Part shown: positions 8,948 to 18,792 of the stretch, one piece after another
How the letters are laid out: every line of letters begins with the position of its first letter
How positions within the stretch are numbered: the first letter of the stretch is position 1
Virus record (IMG/VR): IMGVR_UViG_3300048924_000191
Location: 124,001-188,000 of that record
DNA length: 64,000 nt
Strand: one strand, 5' to 3'
Translations under genes and position numbers: made by a program
Notes under the pieces: model-generated
Database searches by the model: none
Told to the model about the DNA's origin: nothing
What the model saw: only the letters and a program-made list of their open reading frames with translations

Positions 8948-9599
8948 TGCCGTATTGCTCCAGGTAACGTTCGATAGCGTCCAGCTTTCTGAGAGGCGCT
9001 GCGGTCACTTCTTCCATCTCCACCTCTGGAGCTTGGAAACCTTCCTGACGCAACTTCTCTTCTTCGGCCATACGCAGCGAATCGGAGAAACGTGGGAACA
9101 TACGCATGCCACGCTTGATGGTCTTCTTGGCACCTGGGTTGTCGACGTCGGTATCGTAGATCTTGACGATCGAGCGAATCTTCATCGCGAACTCCGCAGC
9201 GTCCTTGAAGAACTGTGGATCAGGCGCTTCGTACATCTTGTCGGTACGCATCAGACGCGCATGCAGAGACAAGTGATCGAGGATACGTTTGTAGGCGACA
9301 TGCGCTACCTTCGGGTCCGAGAACCCTACGCTGGCACCTTCAGTGAACAACTCGATCATTTCGAGCACAGTACCCGCTGTTGGGATCATCTGCTCGGTGA
9401 TCCGCGCCATGTCCTGATAACTGCCATCGGACACGATACCCGTCTTCATTCGGCCAGCACGGGCTACGAAGTGAGGGTACGACAGATTGAACAACAGCTC
9501 TTCGGATTTATTCGACAGGTAGTACCACGTGGTACGTTCCACCGGTTGGGTGGGTTTTGGATTGCAGACGGCTCGCATGTCAGAGCACTCCAGGGGCAC
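8940..9599 (-). CDS. Conserved hypothetical protein, phiKZ gp100-like (start uncertain)
   Basis: Synteny; overlaps both neighbours. Confidence 0.5.
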   Translation of the reverse strand: MPLECSDMRAVCNPKPTQPVERTTWYYLSNKSEELLFNLSYPHFVARAGRMKTGIVSDGSYQDMARITEQMIPTAGTVLEMIELFTEGASVGFSDPKVAHVAYKRILDHLSLHARLMRTDKMYEAPDPQFFKDAAEFAMKIRSIVKIYDTDVDNPGAKKTIKRGMRMFPRFSDSLRMAEEEKLRQEGFQAPEVEMEEVTAAPLRKLDAIERYLEQYGNG

Positions 9600-10953
9600 G
9601 TTTAATCAGGTTGATGATGATCGGGATGTAGTAGTAGCGCTCGAGGTTGTTGAACTTCTGAGCGTACTCTGCAAGGTCGGCCAAGTCCTTGAGGTTGATC
9701 GAACGATTACGCAGACGATCGAGAACCATGGACTCCAACATACTCATCTCGCCTTCGTCCTCGTAGAACTCTTTGCTGAAGATGTAGTAGTTGTCGACCA
9801 GTACGCGTTTGATGTACCGCGTGTGATCCGGATGCGTCTCTTCCTCATGCAGGCCGAGTGCAGGGAGGATGTAGTCGATGTCCTTGAACAGGACGTTGGC
9901 CTTGGACGTTTCCACACCGATGTACGGCAACATCTGAGACGTCGACACGCGATACTTCGGATCTTGCGGAGACATCACGTAACGAACGCCACTGTAGTAG
10001 ACGCCGTGCATCAATGGGTGAGAGTAGAAGTTGTTGACGTCGACCAGATTCCACTTCTGAGCGCAGCTGTAGAGCAGCGTGTCATCCTTGTTCAGGATCA
10101 CGTCAACCAGCGACGGCGTTGCGGAATACAGGTCATCCCCCACACCCAGCTCAACGACCTTTACGATCGATGGCATGTCGACCACCGAGATCATCCGTTT
10201 CACGAACCGGGTGATGTTCGGGTCGTACGCTGGTGTACCGGCTTCCCTTGTACCAGGCATGATGAAGGTCATGAACTGATCGTCGAAGAAGTCACGGAAG
10301 TACGTGCCCATCAAACGACGGTGGGCGCGCTCGAGGCGCTTCATGACGTCCACGTCTTCGTTGGTCAGCAGACACTTCAAACCGTTCCGGAAGTTCTCCC
10401 GGTCGAAGAACGCGGTTTCCACCACAGAACGCTGGAGAGTAGCAAGACCTTCTTTGTCCAACCACTTCTGTGCTTTAAGCGTTACCCGATAACCAGACTC
10501 CTCAAAAGGACTCAGACGCTCAGGGTTGTTGATCTGGAACAGTACGTTGCGCCACGATCCGAGTTGACCGACGAAGATATCGCCAGATTGTGGTACCAAC
10601 CCAGGGATGCCGTACACGACAGCATCAGCCGTGGTATTGAACCCGTTGGTATCGGAAGTGTTCTGTTTGTGGTTGAGTTGACCGTCAACAATCAACTCGA
10701 ATCCACGAATCACGCGGCGTTGACCGTAGATGACTGGGATGTCGGCTTGATACGACGCAGCAGCGCTATCACGGCGCTGATGCATTTGGTAATAGTCGCC
10801 AGGAAGCTTCGAACCACTGTAGAAAGTGGCGAGGCTGTCGTAGCCTTCTTTGCGAGTATCGACTACGGGGGAGTCGTACTGCTGATCGGCGATCTGGAGC
10901 GTGGGTTCTGGAAGATCTTGTGGTTGATCTTCGTCTTCAATAAACGCAGGCAT
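9580..10953 (-). CDS. Virion structural protein, phiKZ gp99-like
   Basis: 457 aa; LVPQSGDIFV, YDPNIT, LERYYYIPI motifs; synteny. Confidence 0.6.
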   Translation of the reverse strand: MPAFIEDEDQPQDLPEPTLQIADQQYDSPVVDTRKEGYDSLATFYSGSKLPGDYYQMHQRRDSAAASYQADIPVIYGQRRVIRGFELIVDGQLNHKQNTSDTNGFNTTADAVVYGIPGLVPQSGDIFVGQLGSWRNVLFQINNPERLSPFEESGYRVTLKAQKWLDKEGLATLQRSVVETAFFDRENFRNGLKCLLTNEDVDVMKRLERAHRRLMGTYFRDFFDDQFMTFIMPGTREAGTPAYDPNITRFVKRMISVVDMPSIVKVVELGVGDDLYSATPSLVDVILNKDDTLLYSCAQKWNLVDVNNFYSHPLMHGVYYSGVRYVMSPQDPKYRVSTSQMLPYIGVETSKANVLFKDIDYILPALGLHEEETHPDHTRYIKRVLVDNYYIFSKEFYEDEGEMSMLESMVLDRLRNRSINLKDLADLAEYAQKFNNLERYYYIPIIINLIKRAPGVL

Positions 10954-11002
10954 GAAAGTACCCTCGGTTGGAAATGCTCATACCACTCGACCTAAATTGA
11001 AC

Positions 11003-11050
11003 AAAAAAAAAGAAAGGGACTGGATGAGCCGAAGCCCACCCAGTCGTCCG
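11003..11050 (-). terminator. Intrinsic terminator after small membrane gene
   Basis: Imperfect stem with TTCG loop followed by TTTCTTTTTTTTT on minus strand. Confidence 0.75.
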
Positions 11051-11332
11051 TTAACGATGACGGTTTGTTTCAGTGTGGATCATGTCCACTAGCAATACAC
11101 CACAGGCTGTAGGTCCAACCAGCCAGGACGATCCAAGATCAAACAACACTACAAAGCCCGCGTAGACAGCAGCAAAAGCACTGATGCTGGTGGCGTGGAA
11201 GATGTACTGGTGCGATATCTCAGCGGTTCGACCCTTCCTGAATCTACCCAGTCGACGATAGGCTACGAGCAACACCAACAGTGCGCCTAACGTAGCCGAG
11301 AGATCAATGTACCAAAATACATCACGAGTCAT
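11051..11332 (-). CDS. Small membrane protein (about 3 TM segments)
   Basis: Three hydrophobic stretches with a basic loop RRLGRFRKGR; AAGGAC SD; own promoter and terminator. Confidence 0.7.
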   Translation of the reverse strand: MTRDVFWYIDLSATLGALLVLLVAYRRLGRFRKGRTAEISHQYIFHATSISAFAAVYAGFVVLFDLGSSWLVGPTACGVLLVDMIHTETNRHR

Positions 11333-11365
11333 GGCTTAGTCCTTGTCAAGTTTCATGACAAGTGA

Positions 11366-11388
11366 GTAATGTGTCATTATTTTTCTTT
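11366..11388 (-). promoter_or_regulatory. Putative early promoter AAAGA-N8-GACACATTAC
   Basis: Motif copy about 35 nt upstream of 11332. Confidence 0.55.
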
Positions 11389-13026
11389 ATCTTGCATAGC
11401 GACAATGGCCAGCCACTGCACGTAACGACCACCGCTATGCCCACGGCGACCACCGTCGCCTCCGTCGGTCGGATCAGGATACTTGTCCTGTCCTGGCGAC
11501 TCACCCCCACCTCCAGGCTTAATGCCCCCGCCCGGCCCTTCTGGCCAACCAATACCCCGATCAAGCAGATACCGATAGAACCACCGAATGTACGGATACG
11601 GCAACGAGTCGTCATCCAACAGCAACGTCTGAGCGTATTCGACATCCAGTTCAGGGACGATCGATTGGAACACCTGAAGAGTAGCTGCCCAATGTCCGGC
11701 CATCTGGTCAATAGCCTTTGGCGTGAACGCAGCGTACTGCACTGGGAAAGACAACCGAACGTGATACGTGTGTCGCAAGTCCAGAGGTTTTACCGAACGC
11801 ACCTGCAACTGTTCGTTGATCTCAATCGCGTCCTCACCCATGGGGATGTTGTTCTGATAGAGCGTGATGAGACACGACCCACCAGACCGACGATTGAGGG
11901 TCTTGTGAACGGACACGAAGTAGTCGTCCATTTCTTTGGTCAGCGTGATCGCCGGAAGTTCCCGCAACTTGATGATGTCTTGCGGATCTTTCGGATTGAG
12001 CAATACCAACCAACTGACCGCTGGGATGGTTTTCGGTGGTACGTTGCGATACCCGGGAATCCACTCATCCCAATACGGGAACCTCAATCCATCAGTAGGA
12101 GGAGGGAGGGAGTCCACATGTCCATCCAACACATCCAGTGCTCTCACACCGATGGGTCCATTCTTACGGACTTCTTCGACGCTGAAGTTCTGGTGTTTAT
12201 CGTACCACTTCTTCCCGATGTGGGATTGGTGCACAACCAATGGATAGGCGATGTAGAAATGACGCGGGCGTTTGTAGACGGCCTTGTAGCTGAACTCCAC
12301 CGTCCACGAGGTATCGCCTTCTACCTTTTGCTCCTCAGGGATCTCATCGAACTCGAACCATCCTTGAGCCTGCACCTGACCTTCATCGATAGCAAGCGTC
12401 AGCTTGTTCACGTCGTGGTCGACGGCACCCAGCGGTACGAGCTCGCGTAAGGCGATTTCACGCACGTACTCTTCAAAGGTCTGTCCATATCCGGCAATCT
12501 TCTCACGCAGCGTGTAAAGATGCAGGAGGAGCTCCCAGACACCATCTTGGAACGGGATCTGGTAACGGACCTGATGTTGGATCGATTCCCGGTTCTCGCC
12601 ACGGTCGGAAGAGAGTGAGTCTTTCCAATCCACCGCCTGTTGTCGGCTGGAGGCTGTGTACTTGAACTCAAACGTGATTTCCGAGGTGACGTAGTTGGGG
12701 CGCAGACTGAATCCAATCCGACGGTCTTCAAGGAACGGCGGCTCCTCGTTGGTGCGGATGTTTTCATTCAGCGTCTTCTCGTGCTTGATTCGTTCGATAG
12801 CCCTGACACGCAAACGTTGGTCGCTTTCGAACGTAGCCGAGTCTGTACCAGCAGCGTTTACCAGAGGTGAGTCTGGCTGGTTGACCTGATCGAACTCGTT
12901 AGTCACATAGACCGGAACAGTGTCAGGAATACGCATCAACTTCATCACGTCGCGAGCGATAGACAACGCAACGGGACGTGAGATGTTTTCATACGTGACG
13001 GGGAGAGGTACTTTGATTCTTGGCAT
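11377..13026 (-). CDS. Virion structural protein, phiKZ gp98-like
   Basis: MPRIKVPLP start with GAGG SD; YPLVVHQ and PYWDEW motifs; Gly-rich C-terminal segment; synteny. Confidence 0.6.
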   Translation of the reverse strand: MPRIKVPLPVTYENISRPVALSIARDVMKLMRIPDTVPVYVTNEFDQVNQPDSPLVNAAGTDSATFESDQRLRVRAIERIKHEKTLNENIRTNEEPPFLEDRRIGFSLRPNYVTSEITFEFKYTASSRQQAVDWKDSLSSDRGENRESIQHQVRYQIPFQDGVWELLLHLYTLREKIAGYGQTFEEYVREIALRELVPLGAVDHDVNKLTLAIDEGQVQAQGWFEFDEIPEEQKVEGDTSWTVEFSYKAVYKRPRHFYIAYPLVVHQSHIGKKWYDKHQNFSVEEVRKNGPIGVRALDVLDGHVDSLPPPTDGLRFPYWDEWIPGYRNVPPKTIPAVSWLVLLNPKDPQDIIKLRELPAITLTKEMDDYFVSVHKTLNRRSGGSCLITLYQNNIPMGEDAIEINEQLQVRSVKPLDLRHTYHVRLSFPVQYAAFTPKAIDQMAGHWAATLQVFQSIVPELDVEYAQTLLLDDDSLPYPYIRWFYRYLLDRGIGWPEGPGGGIKPGGGGESPGQDKYPDPTDGGDGGRRGHSGGRYVQWLAIVAMQDKEK

Positions 13027-13042
13027 GATGTCCTCACGGATA

Positions 13043-13082
13043 GGGCATACTGCGGAGAGGGACAACGCCCTCTCCGCAGTAC
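13043..13082 (-). terminator. Hairpin followed by TATGCCC
   Basis: TACTGCGGAGAGGG-loop-CCCTCTCCGCAGTA. Confidence 0.7.
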
Positions 13083-13093
13083 CGTAGACAGAC

Positions 13094-14386
13094 TCAGTCC
13101 TGGAAGACGGACTCTTCTACCAGCGTGAGGACGGCGTCCAAACGAGCGAGCAGGTCGGCTTGCAGACGACTCAGACGATCGCAGATGCGACCGATCTCAC
13201 TCACCAGTTGGGACTCCAGACGCAGCAGGTCAGCGGTGTTGATATCGCTGTCCAGTTCGTAGTCGTATTCGACCTCGACGTCGTCAGTCGACATGTTGGT
13301 CAACTTCTTGATGGTCACACCGACGCTGGCGTAAGACACCTTGACGGCGTCCGACACTTTCTCCAGCAAACGGATCTGTTCGCCAATCACCCGATCCAAC
13401 TCCTGACAGTATTGCAGGATGGTTTCGGTAGACAGGGATTTGATCTGATCGGTGTACTTGACCACGTCGGTAGCCAACGTGCCATCTTGTTGCAGGTGGA
13501 ACGCCATCAGGCGACCCATACGCTCTTCGTTGCGGGCGTACTTGACGTTACCCAGCAGCGGGAGTGGTTGGGCCTTGATAGCCGCATCCAGGCGCTGGAA
13601 CAGATCGTCCTGCTGGATACCTGCGAACAGGTCATGCGGAAGATCTTGCGCGCTGATAGCCTGCACCAAATGCGTCTTGACCGTGTGGTCACAACGACGG
13701 TGGTATTCCATCACGATGTCGGTCAGGGTACGACTGGTTGTGGCGAACGCAGTCAGGTCGTGAGTCGGTGCCTGAGAGTAGTTACTCCCATTGACCAGTA
13801 ACTCAAGAACCTTTTGCGGGAGACGGATGTCTACACCACCACTGCCTTTGCGAGACCGCACCTTGTCGCGAACACGACGGGTACGATTCTGAAGACCGAC
13901 GGTGCTTTGGTTCAGACGAACGAACGACAGTGCCAAACGACCACCGGTGCGAGCAGCGGCGGCGGAGAACGCTTTCACAGCAGAACCGAACCAATCGGAC
14001 AGCGACTCCAGCGACACTTCATCAACACCGCCGTCACTCCCCATGGCAAGCTTGGGGATGGTGGTCTCCAAGACTTGTTCTGCGGTGGCGATGTTCATGT
14101 TAGCCGTAGCGACGAAAGCATCAGCAGCAGCGGCTGGCATGTCTTCAGCGGCTTTGGCAGCGGCACCGATAGCGGTAACCACAGCAGCACCGGCTTCCAT
14201 GTCCTTGGCCGAATTGTTCGTCTGGACTTCGTGCAGAGCTTCAGCCATCTCACTGCGTTCTTCGCGCGCTTCTTGCACGTCTTCGACAGTGAGTTCGTGG
14301 GAGGGTGGTGGGATCACCACTTCGGAGGCTTCGAGCGAGAGTTTACCGCGCAACGCCTCTTGCAGAGTAGTTTTGAATACAGACAT
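13094..14386 (-). CDS. Internal head protein (phiKZ gp92-97 cluster-like)
   Basis: LSLEA and VSLES sites; Ala/Glu-rich propeptide. Confidence 0.6.
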   Translation of the reverse strand: MSVFKTTLQEALRGKLSLEASEVVIPPPSHELTVEDVQEAREERSEMAEALHEVQTNNSAKDMEAGAAVVTAIGAAAKAAEDMPAAAADAFVATANMNIATAEQVLETTIPKLAMGSDGGVDEVSLESLSDWFGSAVKAFSAAAARTGGRLALSFVRLNQSTVGLQNRTRRVRDKVRSRKGSGGVDIRLPQKVLELLVNGSNYSQAPTHDLTAFATTSRTLTDIVMEYHRRCDHTVKTHLVQAISAQDLPHDLFAGIQQDDLFQRLDAAIKAQPLPLLGNVKYARNEERMGRLMAFHLQQDGTLATDVVKYTDQIKSLSTETILQYCQELDRVIGEQIRLLEKVSDAVKVSYASVGVTIKKLTNMSTDDVEVEYDYELDSDINTADLLRLESQLVSEIGRICDRLSRLQADLLARLDAVLTLVEESVFQD

Positions 14387-14389
14387 GGA

Positions 14390-15556
14390 TCACCTGTAGG
14401 TTTTAATGGAGGCGTAGCAGTATTGAATCGCAGCGCGGCAGACCGACATCGAGTGGATCAGCAGCGAACGGGTGGGTTGTTGCAACCAGTGCGTGAGGGT
14501 GTTCACCGTCTTGCGCACTGCGTCCATGTCAGACGGAGCGAAGGAGCTCGTCTTCAGGAACGTATCCAACGAGGTACGCGAACGGTTAGCCGCTGCACGT
14601 ACACCGGAGTTACTGGACTTGGAGATGTCGTCCAACAGACTGCGGATCACTTTCGGCAGTTCGCCGATCTGACCAGGCTGAAGAGTAGTCAACGTATATT
14701 CACGTTGAACCTTCAGTTCGTTCCGACCAGTCTTCTCGAAGAGGAATCCGTGGAAGCGGAACGCGTCGATACCACGCTCACGCAGATCACCGCGTAGGTA
14801 GAACAAACTCATCCCACCCAGCAGGGAAGGAGTAGCCTGAACATTGTTGCGCTTGAAGCGATCGTACGGCGCTGCGTGCATACCGCACTGAGATGCCATC
14901 TTGTCGAACGGGATCTTGGTGATCACAGCTACCATGGCATCAGTCAGTACCTTACCGGTCTTACCACGAGCTGCGGCTTGCAGTTCAGCAGACGCGTCGA
15001 TGACTTCCTTACGGTAGTCCATCGCCATGACCTTGACCACATTGTGCAGCTGATGGATTTGAGACTCGAGCTTACCAGCGTCGTCGATCTGGATACCGTG
15101 CACACGCATGTACCGACCGATACGACCCAACTCAACGGTAGGTTCGCTAGGACGCATGCCTTTGGTGGTAGCCACCTGACGTTCCAGGAAACTCAGTTTA
15201 CGCGAGAGCCACGTAGCGGCAAGGTCGATGTTCGAGAAGAAGTCGAGCAATGCCTTGAAGAACTGTTGGAGCGCACTGATGGCAGCACGGACTACCGACG
15301 CCGCTACCGTCTTGACCGACTCCACGCTGATCTCATCCAAGGACCAGCAGTGACCGATCTCACCCGTGACTGCCGTCATCAAAGGACGGGCAGATGCTTC
15401 GAACGAAGCCTTGGGCATTTCACCGGCTTGACTGAGCAAGTCTTCAAACGCGGTGTGGGAATTCATGAATCGAGAGAAAGCTTCGAACGCGATCGTAACT
15501 TCGTGATCCGCTCTTACCAGCTCCTCGAAAGGATCTTCTTCCAGCAGCAAGTCCAT
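14390..15556 (-). CDS. Internal head protein (phiKZ gp92-97 cluster-like)
   Basis: AFE, SFE and SVE sites, then helix ALQQFFKALLDFF; LLGG motif. Confidence 0.65.
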   Translation of the reverse strand: MDLLLEEDPFEELVRADHEVTIAFEAFSRFMNSHTAFEDLLSQAGEMPKASFEASARPLMTAVTGEIGHCWSLDEISVESVKTVAASVVRAAISALQQFFKALLDFFSNIDLAATWLSRKLSFLERQVATTKGMRPSEPTVELGRIGRYMRVHGIQIDDAGKLESQIHQLHNVVKVMAMDYRKEVIDASAELQAAARGKTGKVLTDAMVAVITKIPFDKMASQCGMHAAPYDRFKRNNVQATPSLLGGMSLFYLRGDLRERGIDAFRFHGFLFEKTGRNELKVQREYTLTTLQPGQIGELPKVIRSLLDDISKSSNSGVRAAANRSRTSLDTFLKTSSFAPSDMDAVRKTVNTLTHWLQQPTRSLLIHSMSVCRAAIQYCYASIKTYR

Positions 15557-15598
15557 GAGGGTTACCTTTCACAGTAAGGCTTAGTTATACCATCTGCA

Positions 15599-15631
15599 GC
15601 ATAAAGCGGGAGCCGAAGCCCCCGCTTTATG
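15599..15631. terminator. Hairpin flanked by CATA/TATG
   Basis: GCATAAAGCGGG-AGCCGAAGCC-CCCGCTTTATG. Confidence 0.8.
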
Positions 15632-15644
15632 TTTTACGGCCTGA

Positions 15645-15977
15645 CTATTTCTTCTTCAGATAATCGTGGACCTCAACCAGATGGTTGAACCGTTTCTCCG
15701 AGAAGTTAGTCTTCAGGTAGACTTCCTGAAGGTGGAAGTAGTCCTCATTCCATTTCGACTTATCCGTTTCCAATTCGCGGGCGAAGGATTTCTCTTCGTA
15801 CGGTTGCCACAGGTCTTTGACCTGTTTGGCCGCGGCGCGAGCCGTCGCTTTGATATCGGCACCGGAAAGCTTGGAATTATTGAACTCCAACCGCAAGGCA
15901 GTTCTGACGAGGAGGGCGTCCGACTTCCCCGACTTATATTCACGAATGAATTTGTCGACGTTGTCGGACCCAGTCAG
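15645..15977 (-). CDS. 110-aa C-terminal extension, predicted to be reached by -1 frameshift from the upstream head protein
   Basis: Frame is -1 relative to 15974..17278, open across its stop, has no ATG, and is entered at G_GGA_AAC. Confidence 0.7.
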   Translation of the reverse strand: MTGSDNVDKFIREYKSGKSDALLVRTALRLEFNNSKLSGADIKATARAAAKQVKDLWQPYEEKSFARELETDKSKWNEDYFHLQEVYLKTNFSEKRFNHLVEVHDYLKKK

Positions 15978-17278
15978 TTTCCCGCAGCACCTTTGTCGTC
16001 GGCGGCAGCCGGTTCTTCCTTCGCCTTGGCACCGTGGGCACCCAGGGAGGCTTTACCGAAGTTGTAGGCATCTTTACCCAGCTGCGACAGGTAGTTGACG
16101 TAGGTCGGAACCACGCCTTCGCCGGCCTTGATGATGCGGGCAGCGGTGGTAACGACTTTCGCCACGCCTTGACGCTTGGCTTTGGCATCGTCGCCTTCGG
16201 TCTTGTTGGCGGCCGCTTGGGCAGCTTTCATGACCTTCTCGGCGTCGTCCAGGTACTTCTCGGCTTTCGCCTCGGCCAGCTTCATGCGGCGACCCAGGGT
16301 CACCAGCTTACCGCCCAGAGCGGAAACTTCCGAAGGAGACAGCGGAGCGGTCTTCTCGGCGCCTGGAGAAGGCTTGGTGACGTTGAAGGTGATCTTGTCG
16401 CCGTTCAGCTTCAGCTCGGCCTTCACGCCGCCTGGCAGTTCGATGGAAGTATCGCGCAGACCCATGGAGGCGAACTTGGCTTGCCAGTTGGCATCGGTCA
16501 GGTCGTTGGCACCGACGTCGCCTTTCAGCGCGGCAACAACAGGCTGCAGGACCTTCTTCATCGGCTCGACCACCTTGGAGGTGAACTCGCCGTCGAAGAC
16601 CTGGAGGGCCTTGTCGATCGCTTGGCCAGGATTACCGCCCAGACGACCGTAACCGGTGGTCTTCAGTTCGGTTTTCTTGGCTTCGCCTTTGGTCTTGGAA
16701 GCCAGACGCTGCAGTTGCTGACCGCCGGTCACGATGGCGTCGGCGGAACGACCCATGGTGCCGAAGAACTGCTTGATGCTGGTGCGAGCGGAGTTGAAAG
16801 CCTGGACCAGAACTTTCCACAGACGGGACAGAACGCCCTCGGTCTTCTCTTCAGCTTCGGTGGTGTAGTCTTCCACCTGAGCCGATTCGAAGCTGTGTTG
16901 CATGGCCATGACTTCATCACGGACCAGGGACGACGGCAGCTCGCGAGCTTCTACCGACAGGGCAACGTTCTGGATGTACCAGCGCATACCGCTGTTGTCC
17001 AGAGGTTGACCGCCAGCGGCCATAGCGCGCAGTTGAGCCAGGTTGCTTTCCAGCGAGTCGACGGCTTCGGCGACTTTCTCGGCAGCAACGTCCGAGGCTT
17101 GCATCTTCTCGACCTTCTCGGCGGTGTCGGCGATGGCCTCTTCCAGCTCGGTGGCGGTCTCGTCGGTGACGACGGTGATTTCCTCGGCACCGAGGTAGCT
17201 GTGATCTTCATCGGACTCAGGCGCTACCGCACCCGATTCGACCGACAGCTGGTTCAACATTTTAGCGAGTTCGCTCAT
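15974..17278 (-). CDS. Abundant internal head protein, phiKZ gp93-family
   Basis: HSFESAQVEDYTTEAE, GVLSRLWKVL, LPGG; AGGAG SD; very strong codon bias. Confidence 0.75.
   Translation of the reverse strand: MSELAKMLNQLSVESGAVAPESDEDHSYLGAEEITVVTDETATELEEAIADTAEKVEKMQASDVAAEKVAEAVDSLESNLAQLRAMAAGGQPLDNSGMRWYIQNVALSVEARELPSSLVRDEVMAMQHSFESAQVEDYTTEAEEKTEGVLSRLWKVLVQAFNSARTSIKQFFGTMGRSADAIVTGGQQLQRLASKTKGEAKKTELKTTGYGRLGGNPGQAIDKALQVFDGEFTSKVVEPMKKVLQPVVAALKGDVGANDLTDANWQAKFASMGLRDTSIELPGGVKAELKLNGDKITFNVTKPSPGAEKTAPLSPSEVSALGGKLVTLGRRMKLAEAKAEKYLDDAEKVMKAAQAAANKTEGDDAKAKRQGVAKVVTTAARIIKAGEGVVPTYVNYLSQLGKDAYNFGKASLGAHGAKAKEEPAAADDKGAAGN
15977..15983 (-). other. -1 ribosomal frameshift slippery heptamer G_GGA_AAC
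   Basis: GCG GGA AAC TGA: correctly phased X_XXY_YYZ directly before the stop. Confidence 0.72.
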
Positions 17279-17338
17279 CTTGGTATTGCTCCTAGGCAAA
17301 TTGAACGTCGGTATGCAAGCCGACGGCGTATACGCACA

Positions 17339-17854
17339 TTATTGCAATGGAGGCGCGACTGTACGGTCACCCACATAGAGTTCTAGGGATGCGGACAGGT
17401 CGTCGACACCGGCGACCGTAACCCACAGCTGGATCAAGGCTTCCGGCGTATACTGCGCCAATTCTTCAACCGCTTGCCGTTCGATGTCAGTAAACGAAGG
17501 TAGGCGGGTCTGCACCACACTATCCTGTTTGATCATCAGCGCCCGATCCTGGAAACAGATACGACGACGCGTGATGTTCTTCATCAGGAACATGGCGGTT
17601 TCGGCAATGAACGACTGAACGTTATTGCCAATGCGGCAGGCTGGGTCGAGTGCTGCGCGGAAGAAACCGTTGGTGTACTTCCACTCTTTCGACAGCACCG
17701 CGATCTGAGCGAGTTCTACATCGAAGGTCGGACGGGTCTGCCCCGAACGCTGACGGTAGATGTCACTCACCCTGGGCGATTCATAGACCGACCCCAGGGT
17801 GGGAACAGCAGCGATCAACGTCGGAAACCCACGGTGGGTATAGATGACGTTCAT
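17339..17854 (-). CDS. Virion protein, phiKZ gp91-like
   Basis: Synteny; ATGA overlap with upstream gene. Confidence 0.5.
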   Translation of the reverse strand: MNVIYTHRGFPTLIAAVPTLGSVYESPRVSDIYRQRSGQTRPTFDVELAQIAVLSKEWKYTNGFFRAALDPACRIGNNVQSFIAETAMFLMKNITRRRICFQDRALMIKQDSVVQTRLPSFTDIERQAVEELAQYTPEALIQLWVTVAGVDDLSASLELYVGDRTVAPPLQ

Positions 17855-18765
17855 CGTGCTTTGATCTCCATCTTCCGCTCCATCTCCTTGATACGTTCAC
17901 GAATCAGAACCAGCTCGTTTTCGTAGTTGTTGACGATGGCTTCGGCACCGGCGTCTTGGCGACCGGCCAGGCGTTCACGGCGGGCTTCGAGACGCAGCTC
18001 AATGATGCGCTTCTCTTTGACCGCACGTTCAAAACGATCCAGCTCCCAGTGAGCGTGGCGGATACCTACCCAGCGGAAGATGTTCGAGACCAGCGGGATC
18101 AGGCCGAGGTGCAGCGGGTCAGCCGAAGCACCGGCCAGTGCAGGTACAGCACCGACATCCATATCGCCCAAGACGATCTCAGGGATGTCGTTGACCTGCT
18201 TGAGCATGCCCTTCGGATCATCCTGGAGCATGGCCATCAACTTGATCCAGGTACCTCGATTGGTCTCGAGGAAGCGCAGTTCATCCGGCGTGAAGGCCAG
18301 ACCGTCGGGACGACCGTACTCGTCGATGTTGGTCTCGGAGGCGGTGATGTAGGCCAGGTGACGGATGCTGTAATCCGAGAAGAAGTCCAGCAACTCAATG
18401 AGTCGCAGTACCGTGGCCTTCTGGTAGTTGATGCCTTCGATGTGGATCGAGGCTGCCAGGTTCTTACCCACGTACTGCTCGAGTGAATCCAGCAGTTGTT
18501 GAGCGTGAGTGATCGCCTTCGGTAGGAAGGTGGTGACTGGCCGACGCTCGTTCTTCAGGCGGGTTGGAAGAGCCACGCTGAAGTCTTTGGCAACCGACTT
18601 GGCGAAGGCCGATTTGAACTGACTTTCGTCAAGTGCTTCGACCATCAAGTCGTACGATGGTCGTACGATGGTCAGCAATTTCTTGCTGACGTTCTTGATC
18701 TTCTCCAAGACGTCGTTTCGAGTGAACGTCGGCATGATGTTGCGGAGGAAAGCTGGGATATCCAT
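17851..18765 (-). CDS. Inner-body/head protein, phiKZ gp90-like
   Basis: ADPLHLGLIP and C-terminal coiled coil IELRLE; synteny. Confidence 0.6.
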   Translation of the reverse strand: MDIPAFLRNIMPTFTRNDVLEKIKNVSKKLLTIVRPSYDLMVEALDESQFKSAFAKSVAKDFSVALPTRLKNERRPVTTFLPKAITHAQQLLDSLEQYVGKNLAASIHIEGINYQKATVLRLIELLDFFSDYSIRHLAYITASETNIDEYGRPDGLAFTPDELRFLETNRGTWIKLMAMLQDDPKGMLKQVNDIPEIVLGDMDVGAVPALAGASADPLHLGLIPLVSNIFRWVGIRHAHWELDRFERAVKEKRIIELRLEARRERLAGRQDAGAEAIVNNYENELVLIRERIKEMERKMEIKAR

Positions 18766-18792
18766 AGGGCACTCTCGGCTGGACGTGATGGG

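Noticed and set aside
14384-14392. In-frame TGA-TCC-ATG junction between two head genes (possible read-through)
   Set aside because: AGGTGA supplies an SD-like sequence for re-initiation; no other read-through signal seen
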